From an uncultured Candidatus Sumerlaeota bacterium (GTDB lineage Bacteria > CAYMEV01): a DNA stretch of 35,332 bases. The stretch is taken from positions 107,084-142,415 of the forward strand of contig CAYMEV010000008.1 of assembly GCA_964389675.1 (NCBI GenBank). Direction: 5' to 3'. A model generated the notes under the pieces. It made no database searches, had not been told where the DNA came from, and worked only from the letters and a program-made list of their open reading frames with translations. Positions 26,413-35,332 of the stretch are shown here, one piece after another. The translations under genes were made by a program, and so were the position numbers. The number at the start of each line of letters is the position of its first letter. The first letter of the stretch is position 1.

Positions 26413-29400
26413 ATGTCTCTTATACCAGGGTTTATTATTGACTCCTGCAGGAATAATAGAATGTCAGGAGAATTTAAGGCTTATGCAATGTTTATTGATA
26501 TTGCAGGGTTTACAGCTATGACACAGAACCTGATGTCCCACGGCAAAGAGGGTGCTGAGATCATGTCAGCTATTATTAATGATATTTTTACTCCCTCCAT
26601 CAAAGAGATTTATAAGAACGGAGGATTCATCTCCACCTTTGCAGGCGATGCTTTCACTTCAATTTTCAGGGTAAAAAAACCTGAATACATTCTGAGAGCA
26701 GGATTTGCAATCCAGGAAATCTTTGAAACAAAAGGCCGTTTTGATACAAAGTCCGGCATATATGAGCTTGCTGTAAAGATCGGCCTGTCATCCGGGACTG
26801 TTAAATACCGGATCATAGATGCAGATGCTCAGAGAACCTTCTATTTCAGGGGAGATGCTGTTGATAACTGCGCATCAGCTGAGCATCAGGCAGAAAGTAA
26901 ACAGATCATAGCAGATAAGAGATTTATGGATAGCCTTTCTATGAGTATTGACAGCATAGATCTGCCCGGAAATTACTTTCTTCTCTCCCAAAAGCCTGTT
27001 GAACTGCCCCGGCTTAAAATAAAAAGATACAGTACTGATCCTGAGGCTGAGAGACTCTTTGTACCGGATCAGGTCCTCGAGCTGAAAGCAAAGGGCGAGT
27101 TCAGAGAAATTGTATCCTGTTTCATCAGTTTTTCCGAAGAAGGTGATTTTATAAGCGCTATAAAAGAGGTTATAAAGAAGTGTCATAGGTACGGGGGGTA
27201 TTTCAACCGTGCTGATTTCGGGGACAAGGGGCCTGTAATACTTATAATTTTCGGAGCACCTACCGGAAGGGAGAGGCTTTCTGCAAGGGCTGCTGATTTT
27301 CTCTTAAGCCTGAGGGATATTCCTGCATTCTCATTCAGGGCAGGTATTTCCAAAGGCACTGCCTTTACCGGATTTATAGGCTCCGAGAAGAGGAGGGAAT
27401 ATACTGCTATCGGAGGGACAGTAAGCCTATCTGCACGCATGATGATGTCTGCAGAATGGGGCACTATTATTGCTGAGACAGGGATAGCACGTATATTATC
27501 AAAGGATTATAAGCTTAAATCAAAAGGCTTTATGAAATTTAAGGGGTTTTCTGATAAAATTGAGGTTTTCTCACTGGAATCAAAAATCACCACAAGAGAT
27601 CATCTGCAGTATACAGGCTGTTTTATTGGCAGAAAAAAAGAAACAGAAAAATTAAAGAGGTATATAAATCCTGTATTTAATAATAAATTCGGAGGGGCAG
27701 TCTATATTGACGGGCCTGCAGGCATCGGAAAAACAAGATTTATTGCTGATTTCATGAAGAATACAAGGGGATGCAGTTTCTTTTACCTTCCCTGTGATGA
27801 GATACTTAAAAAATCTTTTAACCCTTTTATTCATTTCTTTAAGCACTATTTCAACCAGAATGAACTGAATGCCATAGAAAGAAACAGAAAAAACTTCCAG
27901 AATAAATATCGTTCTCTAATTAAGAAAACAAAAGATGAGCTTATAAAAAAAGAGCTTAAACGCGATATTTCTATTATATCTGCATTAATAGGGCTTCAAT
28001 GGAAAAACAGCCTGTATTCCCGGCTTGGTCCAAGTGACCGCTATGAGAACACACTGTATGCCGTTAAAAATTTCTTCAAGGCATGCAGTCTATTAAAGCC
28101 CCTTGTCCTGATACTGGAAGACGGCCACTGGATAGACAATGACAGCCTTGAACTGATTAAAAGGCTTGTGAGGAATGTAAAGCAGTATGCCTTTATTATC
28201 ATTTCCTTATGCCGCCCTAATGATGACGGAACACCCGTAGAACTTTTCGGGAAGATTCCGTCAAAAAGAATTTCTATGATCCCCTTCAGCAGGGAGAATA
28301 TGACTGAATTCCTTGCTGACAGGCTTCAGTCAGCTGACATACCTGACAAAACCAGGAGTTTTATACTGGAAAAGAGTGAAGGCAATCCGTTCTTTGCCGA
28401 ACAGATCATTCTGTACCTCACAGAAGGCAATATTCTGGACAAAAAACTTAAGCTATCCGATAAAGCTTATGACATACCATCCGGGATCAATCAGATTATC
28501 CTGGCAAGGATAGACAGGCTGTCATCTGAAATGAAGAATACAATAAAAACAGCTTCTGTACTGGGCAGGGAGTTTGCACTGCAGGTTCTTCAGAGACTGC
28601 TCTATGCAGAGAGATTCCCCCATGATGAAGAATACTTCAGAAATAAGATTGAAGAAGGTTGCAGAGAACAGATCTGGGAAACCATCTCCGAGATAAGATA
28701 TATATTCAGGCATGCCCTTATCAGGGATGTTGTCTATGAGATACAGCTTAAAGCAAGAATAAGGAAGCTTCACGGACTTGCAGGAAAAATTATCGAAGAG
28801 ATCTATAATGACAGGATAGCAGAGTGTTATGAAGATCTTGCAGAACACTTTGATAAAGCTGATAACAGTGATAAAGCCCTGTATTATCTTCAAAAAGCAG
28901 GACTACAGTCACAGGAGAGATATCAGAATGAAAAAGCTGCTGCCTATTACAACCGCCTTATAAAATACCTTCTAGATAATAAGGATTTTGAAAATACAAT
29001 AAGATTCCTTCTTAAAAAGGTAGAAGTACTGGAACTGTCAGGAAGATTGGATGATGCTATAAAAACATCTGAAAAAGCGCTCTCTTATGCAAAACAGATC
29101 AAGAACAGGGATCTGGAAGCTGAATGCCTGAATAATTTAGGCCAGAAGAAAAGGATCATGGGAAATCATGAAGAAGCAATGGCTATTTTTAACAAAGTTC
29201 TTATACTCTCTGAAAAGGCAGGACCCAGGCACGAATACGGACTTGCATTATCATATATGGGAAATATCATGAATCTGCAATGTGAATATGAAAAAGCAAT
29301 GGAATATTATCAAAAAGCTAAGGAAATCTTTGAGGATATAGGATATAAGAGAGGGCTTTCAAATATTATAAACTCCGTTGGGATTGTATATACAGGACAG

Positions 29401-30546
29401 AGCAGATTCACCGAGGCCCTGGACAGTTTCAAAAATCATTTAACCCTGGAAAAAGAACTGGGTAATATAGCCGGCATAAGTGCATCTGAAAGGAACATAG
29501 GGATGCTTTACATAAAACAAGGCAATCTCTCAAAAGCCCTGGAGCATCTTCAGCTAGAGCTGAAGATCTGTGAAGAGCGAGGTGACAGATATGGCATCAG
29601 CGGTACATATGACCTCCTCGGGAGGATCTATCAACAGCAGGGCGATTTCGAAAAGGCAAGTGACTATATGCTGAGAGCTCTCCCAATCAAGGAGGAGATA
29701 GGAAATAAATATGGAATCAGCCTGACCTATGCAAATATAGGCACCCTGTATGACCAGCAGGGGGATTATAAAACCGCTATGGATTATTTCCATAAGTCAA
29801 TAGCATTAAGCAGGGAGCTCAAGGATAAGGAAAATATAGGCAAAGTCTTATGCGATATAGGAATTGTCTACGGAAAACAGGGTAATTATGAAAAGGCCCT
29901 TGAATCCTTCTATAAAGACCTGGAGATAAGCCAGGAAATAGGAAATCTTATCGAAGTTACGGCTGCAACCAATAATATCGGGCTGACATATAAGCACATG
30001 GGAGACCTGGACAGAGCGAAGGAGTATTATTCAAAAGCCCTCTCCCTCTATAAAAAGCTTAAAAACCATATTGGCGTCAGTATAGCAATAAGCAATATGG
30101 CTTCTGTCTACCATCTTCAGGGCAATTATGAAAAAGCCCTGGACTATTATGACAGGGCTATAAAATCAGCCAGGAGACTGGGTATTAAATATCATCTCTG
30201 CTCATACCTCTCTGAAAAGGCTGACATCATGTACAATAAAGACAGTAGAAAAGCTAATATGCTCAACTCAGAAGCCCATGACCTTGCCAAAAAAGCAGGC
30301 AGAAACGACATAATATTTAATACAAACATCCTCTCCTGCAAACTGGACAAGGACAAAAAGGGACTATTAGAAATGCTCAATGATTACAAGGAAAAGGAAC
30401 AGAAAGCAATGATCCTCTATGAGCTCTATAATATGACCAGGGAACCCAATTACGCCAGTGAAGCATTAAAAGCATACAAACAGCTGCTAAAAAAGTCACC
30501 AAAACATGAATACAAAAAAAGAATTCAGGAGCTGGAGAAGATATAA
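26413..30546 (+). CDS. Class III adenylate/guanylate cyclase + STAND-type AAA ATPase + TPR repeats
   Basis: FIDIAGFT and FAGDA in the first cyclase domain; a second, degenerate cyclase domain (GDKG, EYTAIG..V..SARMM); Walker A GPAGIGKT; Walker B ILEDGHW; GNPFF; about 12 C-terminal TPRs. Confidence 0.9.
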   Translation: MSLIPGFIIDSCRNNRMSGEFKAYAMFIDIAGFTAMTQNLMSHGKEGAEIMSAIINDIFTPSIKEIYKNGGFISTFAGDAFTSIFRVKKPEYILRAGFAIQEIFETKGRFDTKSGIYELAVKIGLSSGTVKYRIIDADAQRTFYFRGDAVDNCASAEHQAESKQIIADKRFMDSLSMSIDSIDLPGNYFLLSQKPVELPRLKIKRYSTDPEAERLFVPDQVLELKAKGEFREIVSCFISFSEEGDFISAIKEVIKKCHRYGGYFNRADFGDKGPVILIIFGAPTGRERLSARAADFLLSLRDIPAFSFRAGISKGTAFTGFIGSEKRREYTAIGGTVSLSARMMMSAEWGTIIAETGIARILSKDYKLKSKGFMKFKGFSDKIEVFSLESKITTRDHLQYTGCFIGRKKETEKLKRYINPVFNNKFGGAVYIDGPAGIGKTRFIADFMKNTRGCSFFYLPCDEILKKSFNPFIHFFKHYFNQNELNAIERNRKNFQNKYRSLIKKTKDELIKKELKRDISIISALIGLQWKNSLYSRLGPSDRYENTLYAVKNFFKACSLLKPLVLILEDGHWIDNDSLELIKRLVRNVKQYAFIIISLCRPNDDGTPVELFGKIPSKRISMIPFSRENMTEFLADRLQSADIPDKTRSFILEKSEGNPFFAEQIILYLTEGNILDKKLKLSDKAYDIPSGINQIILARIDRLSSEMKNTIKTASVLGREFALQVLQRLLYAERFPHDEEYFRNKIEEGCREQIWETISEIRYIFRHALIRDVVYEIQLKARIRKLHGLAGKIIEEIYNDRIAECYEDLAEHFDKADNSDKALYYLQKAGLQSQERYQNEKAAAYYNRLIKYLLDNKDFENTIRFLLKKVEVLELSGRLDDAIKTSEKALSYAKQIKNRDLEAECLNNLGQKKRIMGNHEEAMAIFNKVLILSEKAGPRHEYGLALSYMGNIMNLQCEYEKAMEYYQKAKEIFEDIGYKRGLSNIINSVGIVYTGQSRFTEALDSFKNHLTLEKELGNIAGISASERNIGMLYIKQGNLSKALEHLQLELKICEERGDRYGISGTYDLLGRIYQQQGDFEKASDYMLRALPIKEEIGNKYGISLTYANIGTLYDQQGDYKTAMDYFHKSIALSRELKDKENIGKVLCDIGIVYGKQGNYEKALESFYKDLEISQEIGNLIEVTAATNNIGLTYKHMGDLDRAKEYYSKALSLYKKLKNHIGVSIAISNMASVYHLQGNYEKALDYYDRAIKSARRLGIKYHLCSYLSEKADIMYNKDSRKANMLNSEAHDLAKKAGRNDIIFNTNILSCKLDKDKKGLLEMLNDYKEKEQKAMILYELYNMTREPNYASEALKAYKQLLKKSPKHEYKKRIQELEKI

Positions 30547-30719
30547 TCCCTTTTTGATATAATTTTTATGCTGTAATGCAGTCTCATCTTGCTGATACAA
30601 ATATCAAGAAGGATCTGCATTATGAAATGCGCTGCTGAGCTCCAGTCATTTCTGACCCTATAAGGCTAAATAAAAATATTGCTTTATAATTATTCCTGTT
30701 CAGTTTTGCTAAAACCGGG

Positions 30720-31832
30720 TTATTTCAGCCCACTGGTTACATCTTCAATATCCTCATGGGTATCTTTATCCAGTGGCATGATCTGTTTTTCCCCGCTGGT
30801 GAAATCTAACTTCTTAAGATCTATCTTTCTGACCCTTCTATTATACATAGTATGGTAGTATATGGTTAGATCGCCTGTGTTATTTGCAATAGTCCACTGA
30901 GTTGCAGATGGCATTTGATCTCCTGAATTGCCTTCAGAGCCTTCTGCAAGATGAGGGCCGACATTAAAACTGTCCAGGATCCTGAACAGCTCATGCACTG
31001 TGTCATAGCCTCCTGTAGTAGTTCTTGAAGTCTGAGAAAAGACAACTGCTCTTATAAATCTTGAAGGAGATGTAAAATCACCCGGCAGCCCTAACATCCC
31101 AGATCCTCCTGCTAATGGAGTTATTTCCAGATCACCCCATTTCACAGTATCAAAAGGCTTACTGGATAAATAACCATAGTTTCTCAGATTAGTCAGGTGC
31201 CAATCAAAGGTTGGGTTATTTGTAATAACACCAACAGGGTTATCAGATATCTTAATCTCTCCCTCTATAAATTCCAGTACGATACAATTTCCATCTTTAT
31301 CTGATACCATAAGATGGCCTGGCCATGGTATTCCAATAACTGGATCAACTACCGGGACCACTCTAACCTTCTTTATATTGCTTTTCAATTCTTCAATACT
31401 GGAGAAGCTGGATAATATATATGGTATAATATCAACAGGTGAAAGTGATTCAGAGGCACACATGGGATCATATTCAGAATATCTGGCAAATCCTTTGTGC
31501 AGAAAAGCACCGACTGAAAGTCCCTTTTCATTCATACCATCCATTGCAACGCCTTCATCTGCCTGAAATGCAACAAACCCATATCTGCCATTCCACTTAA
31601 TACCGTTTTTCCCTTCCGGGGTTATTCCCTGAAATTCCTCTCCACGAGGATACATCACAGCCTGTGAATTCATATTGAAATCGCCCCATTCATTTGTCCT
31701 TCCACGGACAACCGTCCCATCCTGGCCGATCAATTGAATACCTGTACAAGCAAACAGGATTGATGCCTGAGGCAGCAAAAGAACCGCAACCAACAGGTAT
31801 AACTTGAAATATTTCTGTGTTTTTAGTAACAT
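30720..31832 (-). CDS. Linear amide C-N hydrolase (choloylglycine hydrolase / penicillin V acylase family) with signal peptide
   Basis: Signal peptide followed by the nucleophile motif CTG; GRT.E, DGMNEKGL, TNNPTFDWHLTNL and GLPGDFTSPSRFIRA. Confidence 0.9.
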   Translation of the reverse strand: MLLKTQKYFKLYLLVAVLLLPQASILFACTGIQLIGQDGTVVRGRTNEWGDFNMNSQAVMYPRGEEFQGITPEGKNGIKWNGRYGFVAFQADEGVAMDGMNEKGLSVGAFLHKGFARYSEYDPMCASESLSPVDIIPYILSSFSSIEELKSNIKKVRVVPVVDPVIGIPWPGHLMVSDKDGNCIVLEFIEGEIKISDNPVGVITNNPTFDWHLTNLRNYGYLSSKPFDTVKWGDLEITPLAGGSGMLGLPGDFTSPSRFIRAVVFSQTSRTTTGGYDTVHELFRILDSFNVGPHLAEGSEGNSGDQMPSATQWTIANNTGDLTIYYHTMYNRRVRKIDLKKLDFTSGEKQIMPLDKDTHEDIEDVTSGLK

Positions 31833-32415
31833 AAAAGTTCCTCCATTGTTATTAATAGTAATTTCTTTCTGTTATGTAAAAAATCTTATTCTGGCCACAA
31901 TTAACCAGACACATTAAGCTTATACAACTAAGGCCCTTTTTTGTCAATATCTATAAGTGGTCCTGTACTGTTCAGTTTTCTTTACTATTTTTTAGAAATT
32001 CTTTATCTATATGAGTCATACAGATCTGATCGTATGGAGACTGCATTGTCTTAGCTTTCTTTTCCATATATTTTTCTTACTATTATTAGATATCTAAGAT
32101 GCCGATTCCAATGATTGTTTTTTCTTCTTAGTAATCATGCTGAGATGTACGGTATGTATCTGTGCCAGTCCTCTCTGTTAGTATTATCAGCCCTTATACA
32201 TATAATGCCGGCCTCGTATTAAAATCCCTAATGTAATTTTTGCTCATAATCTTTCTCCTCTTCTTATACATCAGGAGAAATCCAGCTGGTCTATTAAAAG
32301 CTGTGTACAGATTTTAGGGCGCATTATTACATAAAGGTCATCAATCACTCCACATTTTATCTTTAAAAACAGCAAAAATCCTATAATAATATATGATAAG
32401 GAGCAAATTACAGAA

Positions 32416-32991
32416 ATGACTATCAGTTATTATGACAGAAATGCAGAAGATTTTTTCAGGAATACTGTAGATGTAGATATGACAGAAATATATAATGAGT
32501 TTACATCCCTTCTTCCTGAGAAAGCAAAGATAATTGATCTGGGTTGTGGAGCAGGAAGGGATGTCCTCTATTTTAAGAAACTGGGATACAATATAATCGG
32601 TGTAGACAACTCACCTGAAATAGTCAGACTGGCTAGCAAATATACAAAAGAAAATATAATTCTTCAAGATTTTACTAAACTGGATTATAGAGAGGAATTT
32701 GACGGCATATGGGCATGTGCATCTCTTCTCCATTTCAGCAAGACAAAACTTATCTCTGTGATTGAGAAGATAATAGAATATATTAGAAAAAGCGGAATTA
32801 TCTATACTTCATTCAAGTATGGAGATTCTGAAGGTGTACGGAACGGGCGGTACTTTTCAGATTTTACTGAGAGATCTTTCAGCACACTGGTGCTGAAAAG
32901 CAAAATTCAAATTATAAAAATGTGGACAACAAATGATAGAAGACCTGATAGAAACACTCAATGGCTAAATATAATACTGGCGCGTAAATGA
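32416..32991 (+). CDS. Class I SAM-dependent methyltransferase
   Basis: IIDLGCGAGRD, FDGIWACASLLH and SFKYG; AAGGAG RBS. Confidence 0.9.
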   Translation: MTISYYDRNAEDFFRNTVDVDMTEIYNEFTSLLPEKAKIIDLGCGAGRDVLYFKKLGYNIIGVDNSPEIVRLASKYTKENIILQDFTKLDYREEFDGIWACASLLHFSKTKLISVIEKIIEYIRKSGIIYTSFKYGDSEGVRNGRYFSDFTERSFSTLVLKSKIQIIKMWTTNDRRPDRNTQWLNIILARK

Positions 32992-35332
32992 TACCCGACA
33001 ATATTTATGCCATTCAAGGCTTTGAAAAATCTGAAGACTTTATATTCGATAAAGATCTGCTCTCGAGAATATGCATTAATAATACTACCGGAACCATAAT
33101 TATCATTGACTACCCGGCAATATTTGCATCTAATTTCCCATACAAACGCTACTGCCAGAAACAAAATGAGCTAATGAACAAATATAAAAGGGTTTACAGG
33201 CTCATTGAAGGAGATAACAGTATCGAATCTCTCCTAGATAATACCATTAATGAAAAGTCAGAATATTGCACAGAAAGGACCTATGATAGAGAATCTCTTA
33301 TCGCTGACTCAACTCCACTGGAATTCATGTTTGAAGAATGCATAGAAGATGCCTATGGTCCAGTCATATACAAGTATATAAAAAAGGAATACTCATTCAT
33401 TACTATAGACGGTAAAACTGCATATATAGATTTTGCAATGTTTAGAAAAGATGGAACATGGATAGCCTTTGAAGAGAATGGCATCACTTATCATCATCCA
33501 GCCATAATAGGCGAGAAAAGATATAAACAGATATTGAAAAAGCAAAATTCAGTTGTGATGAATAATGGTATAGTATTCCGGTGGGATACAGAAAGCCTCA
33601 GCAACAGGAATAAAATAGCAGATGAGTTAAGAGAATTTATAGGTGATTTAAAAAATTATATTATTCAGTATTCAATGAAATCCATTAGAGGATTCAAACT
33701 CCATGAACATCAGGCTGATTATTTGAAAGACCTGCAATCTGACAGAGAATCTGGACAGAAGAGTGCTCTGGTGCTGCTCCCGACAGGAACAGGAAAAACT
33801 ACTCTGGCACTGGAAGACATGAGAATATTCTCAGAAAGTTCTAAGAAGATAAAATCCCTGATCATGGTACCTACTAAAGAACTAGTAAATCAATGGGAAA
33901 GAGAGGCAGACCCCTATCAGATCAGAAACATTTCTATAAAGACATATGCTGCAGTTGCAAGAAGTTATTATGATGAATCTCCATATAAATACAATTATAT
34001 AATTGTTGATGAAGCCCACCATGCATTAGCACCTGTACTGCGCAAATCCATCAGCCATTACCAGCCTGATTTCCTGCTAGGTTTAACCGCTACTGATAAA
34101 AGACTGGATGCAAAGAAACTTGAAGTTGTCTTTAATGAATATGAGGAAAAGCTGGACCTGAAACAGGCAATAGAAAAGGGTCTGCTATCCCAGATACGTG
34201 CTTTTCGTTTAGAATCCAGTATAGACCTTTCTGAGGTAAGATTTAATGGAAAAGATTATAATACTTCAGATCTTGAGAAAAGAATAAGAGTTAGTTCAAG
34301 AAATGAACTTATTGCAGAAATCCTTCATAAATATTTTTATGAAAAGCTCCCCGGAAAACCCGGGGTTGTATTCTGTGTAAACATTGAACATTCAAAAGAA
34401 ATGGCAAGACTGCTCCAAAAAAAGGGATTTAATGCTGAATCTGTGCATGGTACAGATAAAAAGAGAGATGAGAAAATAATTGCATATATGAAAAGGGAAA
34501 TACAGTTCTTATGCACCTGCAGCCTGCTTACAGAAGGATGGGATGCCCCCCATACCTCTGTTATAGTTATGGCAAGGCCAACCATGTCCAGGGTGCTCTA
34601 TACTCAACAGCTCGGAAGGGGCACAAGAATCGCAAAAGGTAAAGAAGCCCTGTATGTAATTGATGTAGTTGACACATATGGCAATTTTGGGAGCATCAGC
34701 AACAGGCCATGGTCCCTGCATGCCCTGTTCAATATTGATACCTACAAGATCTGGGGTAATATGTTTAAAAGCCCTGTAGATTCTGGAAATGAACTATTGA
34801 TTCTTGGTACAACCTATGAAAAAGAGATAAAATTGCAGCCCTTTGATCTTTTTACTTTTAGCAATATTTATGGAGATTACCTGTCTACGGAACAGATTGC
34901 AAGAGAGCTCTTTGTTTCAACTGATACAGTTACAAATTGGATAAGAAAGAAAGATATAAAAGCAGATCTGATAATACCTATGGGCAGAAGAAAACTTATA
35001 TTCTTTCATCCTGAAAGAACAGCACATATCAGGAAATTAAAAGGACTGAAAGAACATACAGAAGCCACAATAGTAGAAGATTTCTGGGAATTTATTGAAC
35101 AGCGAGATTATACATTCAGTTATAAGATGTATTTTATTCTGGCATTTCTTGATGTTGCAGACAGCACAGGAGATGCAGATATAAAAGAACTTATGCTGAA
35201 ATACAGAGACTTTTATATTATGAGATTTGAAAAAGGTCTCATTATAGACAGAAATAACAGCCCCTATAACAATAAGGTGTCTGGCGACAAATATTCCTAC
35301 TCACTAACGACAAATAAAAATACCCAATTTAA
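32988..35332 (+). CDS. SF2 (DEAH) helicase with N-terminal Vsr/DUF559-like nuclease domain and C-terminal HTH; open to the window end
   Basis: Manual translation from ATG 32988 (ATGA overlap with the methyltransferase stop): YIDFA...FEENGITYHHP; LPTGTGKT; VDEAHH; GLTAT; LTEGWD; QQLGRGTR; STEQIARELFVSTDTVTNWIRK. No stop codon before 35332, which explains its absence from the ORF track. Confidence 0.88.
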   Translation, partial: MIPDNIYAIQGFEKSEDFIFDKDLLSRICINNTTGTIIIIDYPAIFASNFPYKRYCQKQNELMNKYKRVYRLIEGDNSIESLLDNTINEKSEYCTERTYDRESLIADSTPLEFMFEECIEDAYGPVIYKYIKKEYSFITIDGKTAYIDFAMFRKDGTWIAFEENGITYHHPAIIGEKRYKQILKKQNSVVMNNGIVFRWDTESLSNRNKIADELREFIGDLKNYIIQYSMKSIRGFKLHEHQADYLKDLQSDRESGQKSALVLLPTGTGKTTLALEDMRIFSESSKKIKSLIMVPTKELVNQWEREADPYQIRNISIKTYAAVARSYYDESPYKYNYIIVDEAHHALAPVLRKSISHYQPDFLLGLTATDKRLDAKKLEVVFNEYEEKLDLKQAIEKGLLSQIRAFRLESSIDLSEVRFNGKDYNTSDLEKRIRVSSRNELIAEILHKYFYEKLPGKPGVVFCVNIEHSKEMARLLQKKGFNAESVHGTDKKRDEKIIAYMKREIQFLCTCSLLTEGWDAPHTSVIVMARPTMSRVLYTQQLGRGTRIAKGKEALYVIDVVDTYGNFGSISNRPWSLHALFNIDTYKIWGNMFKSPVDSGNELLILGTTYEKEIKLQPFDLFTFSNIYGDYLSTEQIARELFVSTDTVTNWIRKKDIKADLIIPMGRRKLIFFHPERTAHIRKLKGLKEHTEATIVEDFWEFIEQRDYTFSYKMYFILAFLDVADSTGDADIKELMLKYRDFYIMRFEKGLIIDRNNSPYNNKVSGDKYSYSLTTNKNTQF
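35278..35332. mobile_element. Possible IS21/Tn7-like transposon end
   Basis: Starts with TGT and contains two copies of CGACAAATA-N5-TACYCA about 22 nt apart, exactly where the sequence ends. No transposase gene is visible. Confidence 0.35.

Noticed and set aside
31990-32260. Possible small gene or pseudogene on the - strand (GAGGAG RBS, MSKNYIRDFNTRPALYV*)
   Set aside because: It stops after 17 codons and I recognise no homology; unsupported.
32416-32991. Methyltransferase as part of SAM-AMP type III signalling
   Set aside because: It lies 7.6 kb from the cas cluster and is coupled to the helicase. No CorA, NrN or SAM-lyase gene is seen, and the CARF effectors imply cOA signalling.
124-34721. 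Numerous 60-150 aa ORFs antisense to or nested within the main genes
   Set aside because: They are shadow ORFs overlapping well-supported genes and have no recognisable motifs.

Overview
AT-rich bacterial window dominated by a complete type III-B CRISPR-Cas locus (about 1.6-24.8 kb). On the + strand are cas6, cmr1, cas10(cmr2), cmr3, cmr4, cmr5 and cmr6, followed by a leader and an array of 46 repeats (37 bp) and 45 spacers. On the - strand is a tightly packed operon: CRISPR-associated primase-polymerase (CAPP; TPR-AEP-PriCT), cas1, cas2, an uncharacterised TPR/cold-shock(OB)-fold protein and a CARF-HEPN nuclease. Next comes an ancillary cluster: a Csx20-like ring nuclease, a Card1/Can2-type CARF nuclease, an APE2256-type CARF-wHTH protein and a Cad1-type CARF adenosine deaminase. 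The flanks carry a PaaK-like ligase overlapping cas6, a secreted CBM-like protein, DUF2161, a cyclase-STAND-TPR protein, a C-N hydrolase and a methyltransferase coupled to a nuclease-SF2 helicase. The helicase runs off the window end, possibly into an IS21/Tn7-like terminus. The most striking unexplained signals are these: (i) many spacers are antisense to ribosome-binding-site/start-codon regions or contain long inverted repeats, although the adaptation module has no reverse transcriptase, only a primase-polymerase and a TPR-OB protein; (ii) an unannotated 53-aa membrane microprotein lies right after the array; (iii) a promoter-flanked structured element sits between cas6 and cmr1. All family calls come from motif recognition by eye, not from database searches.
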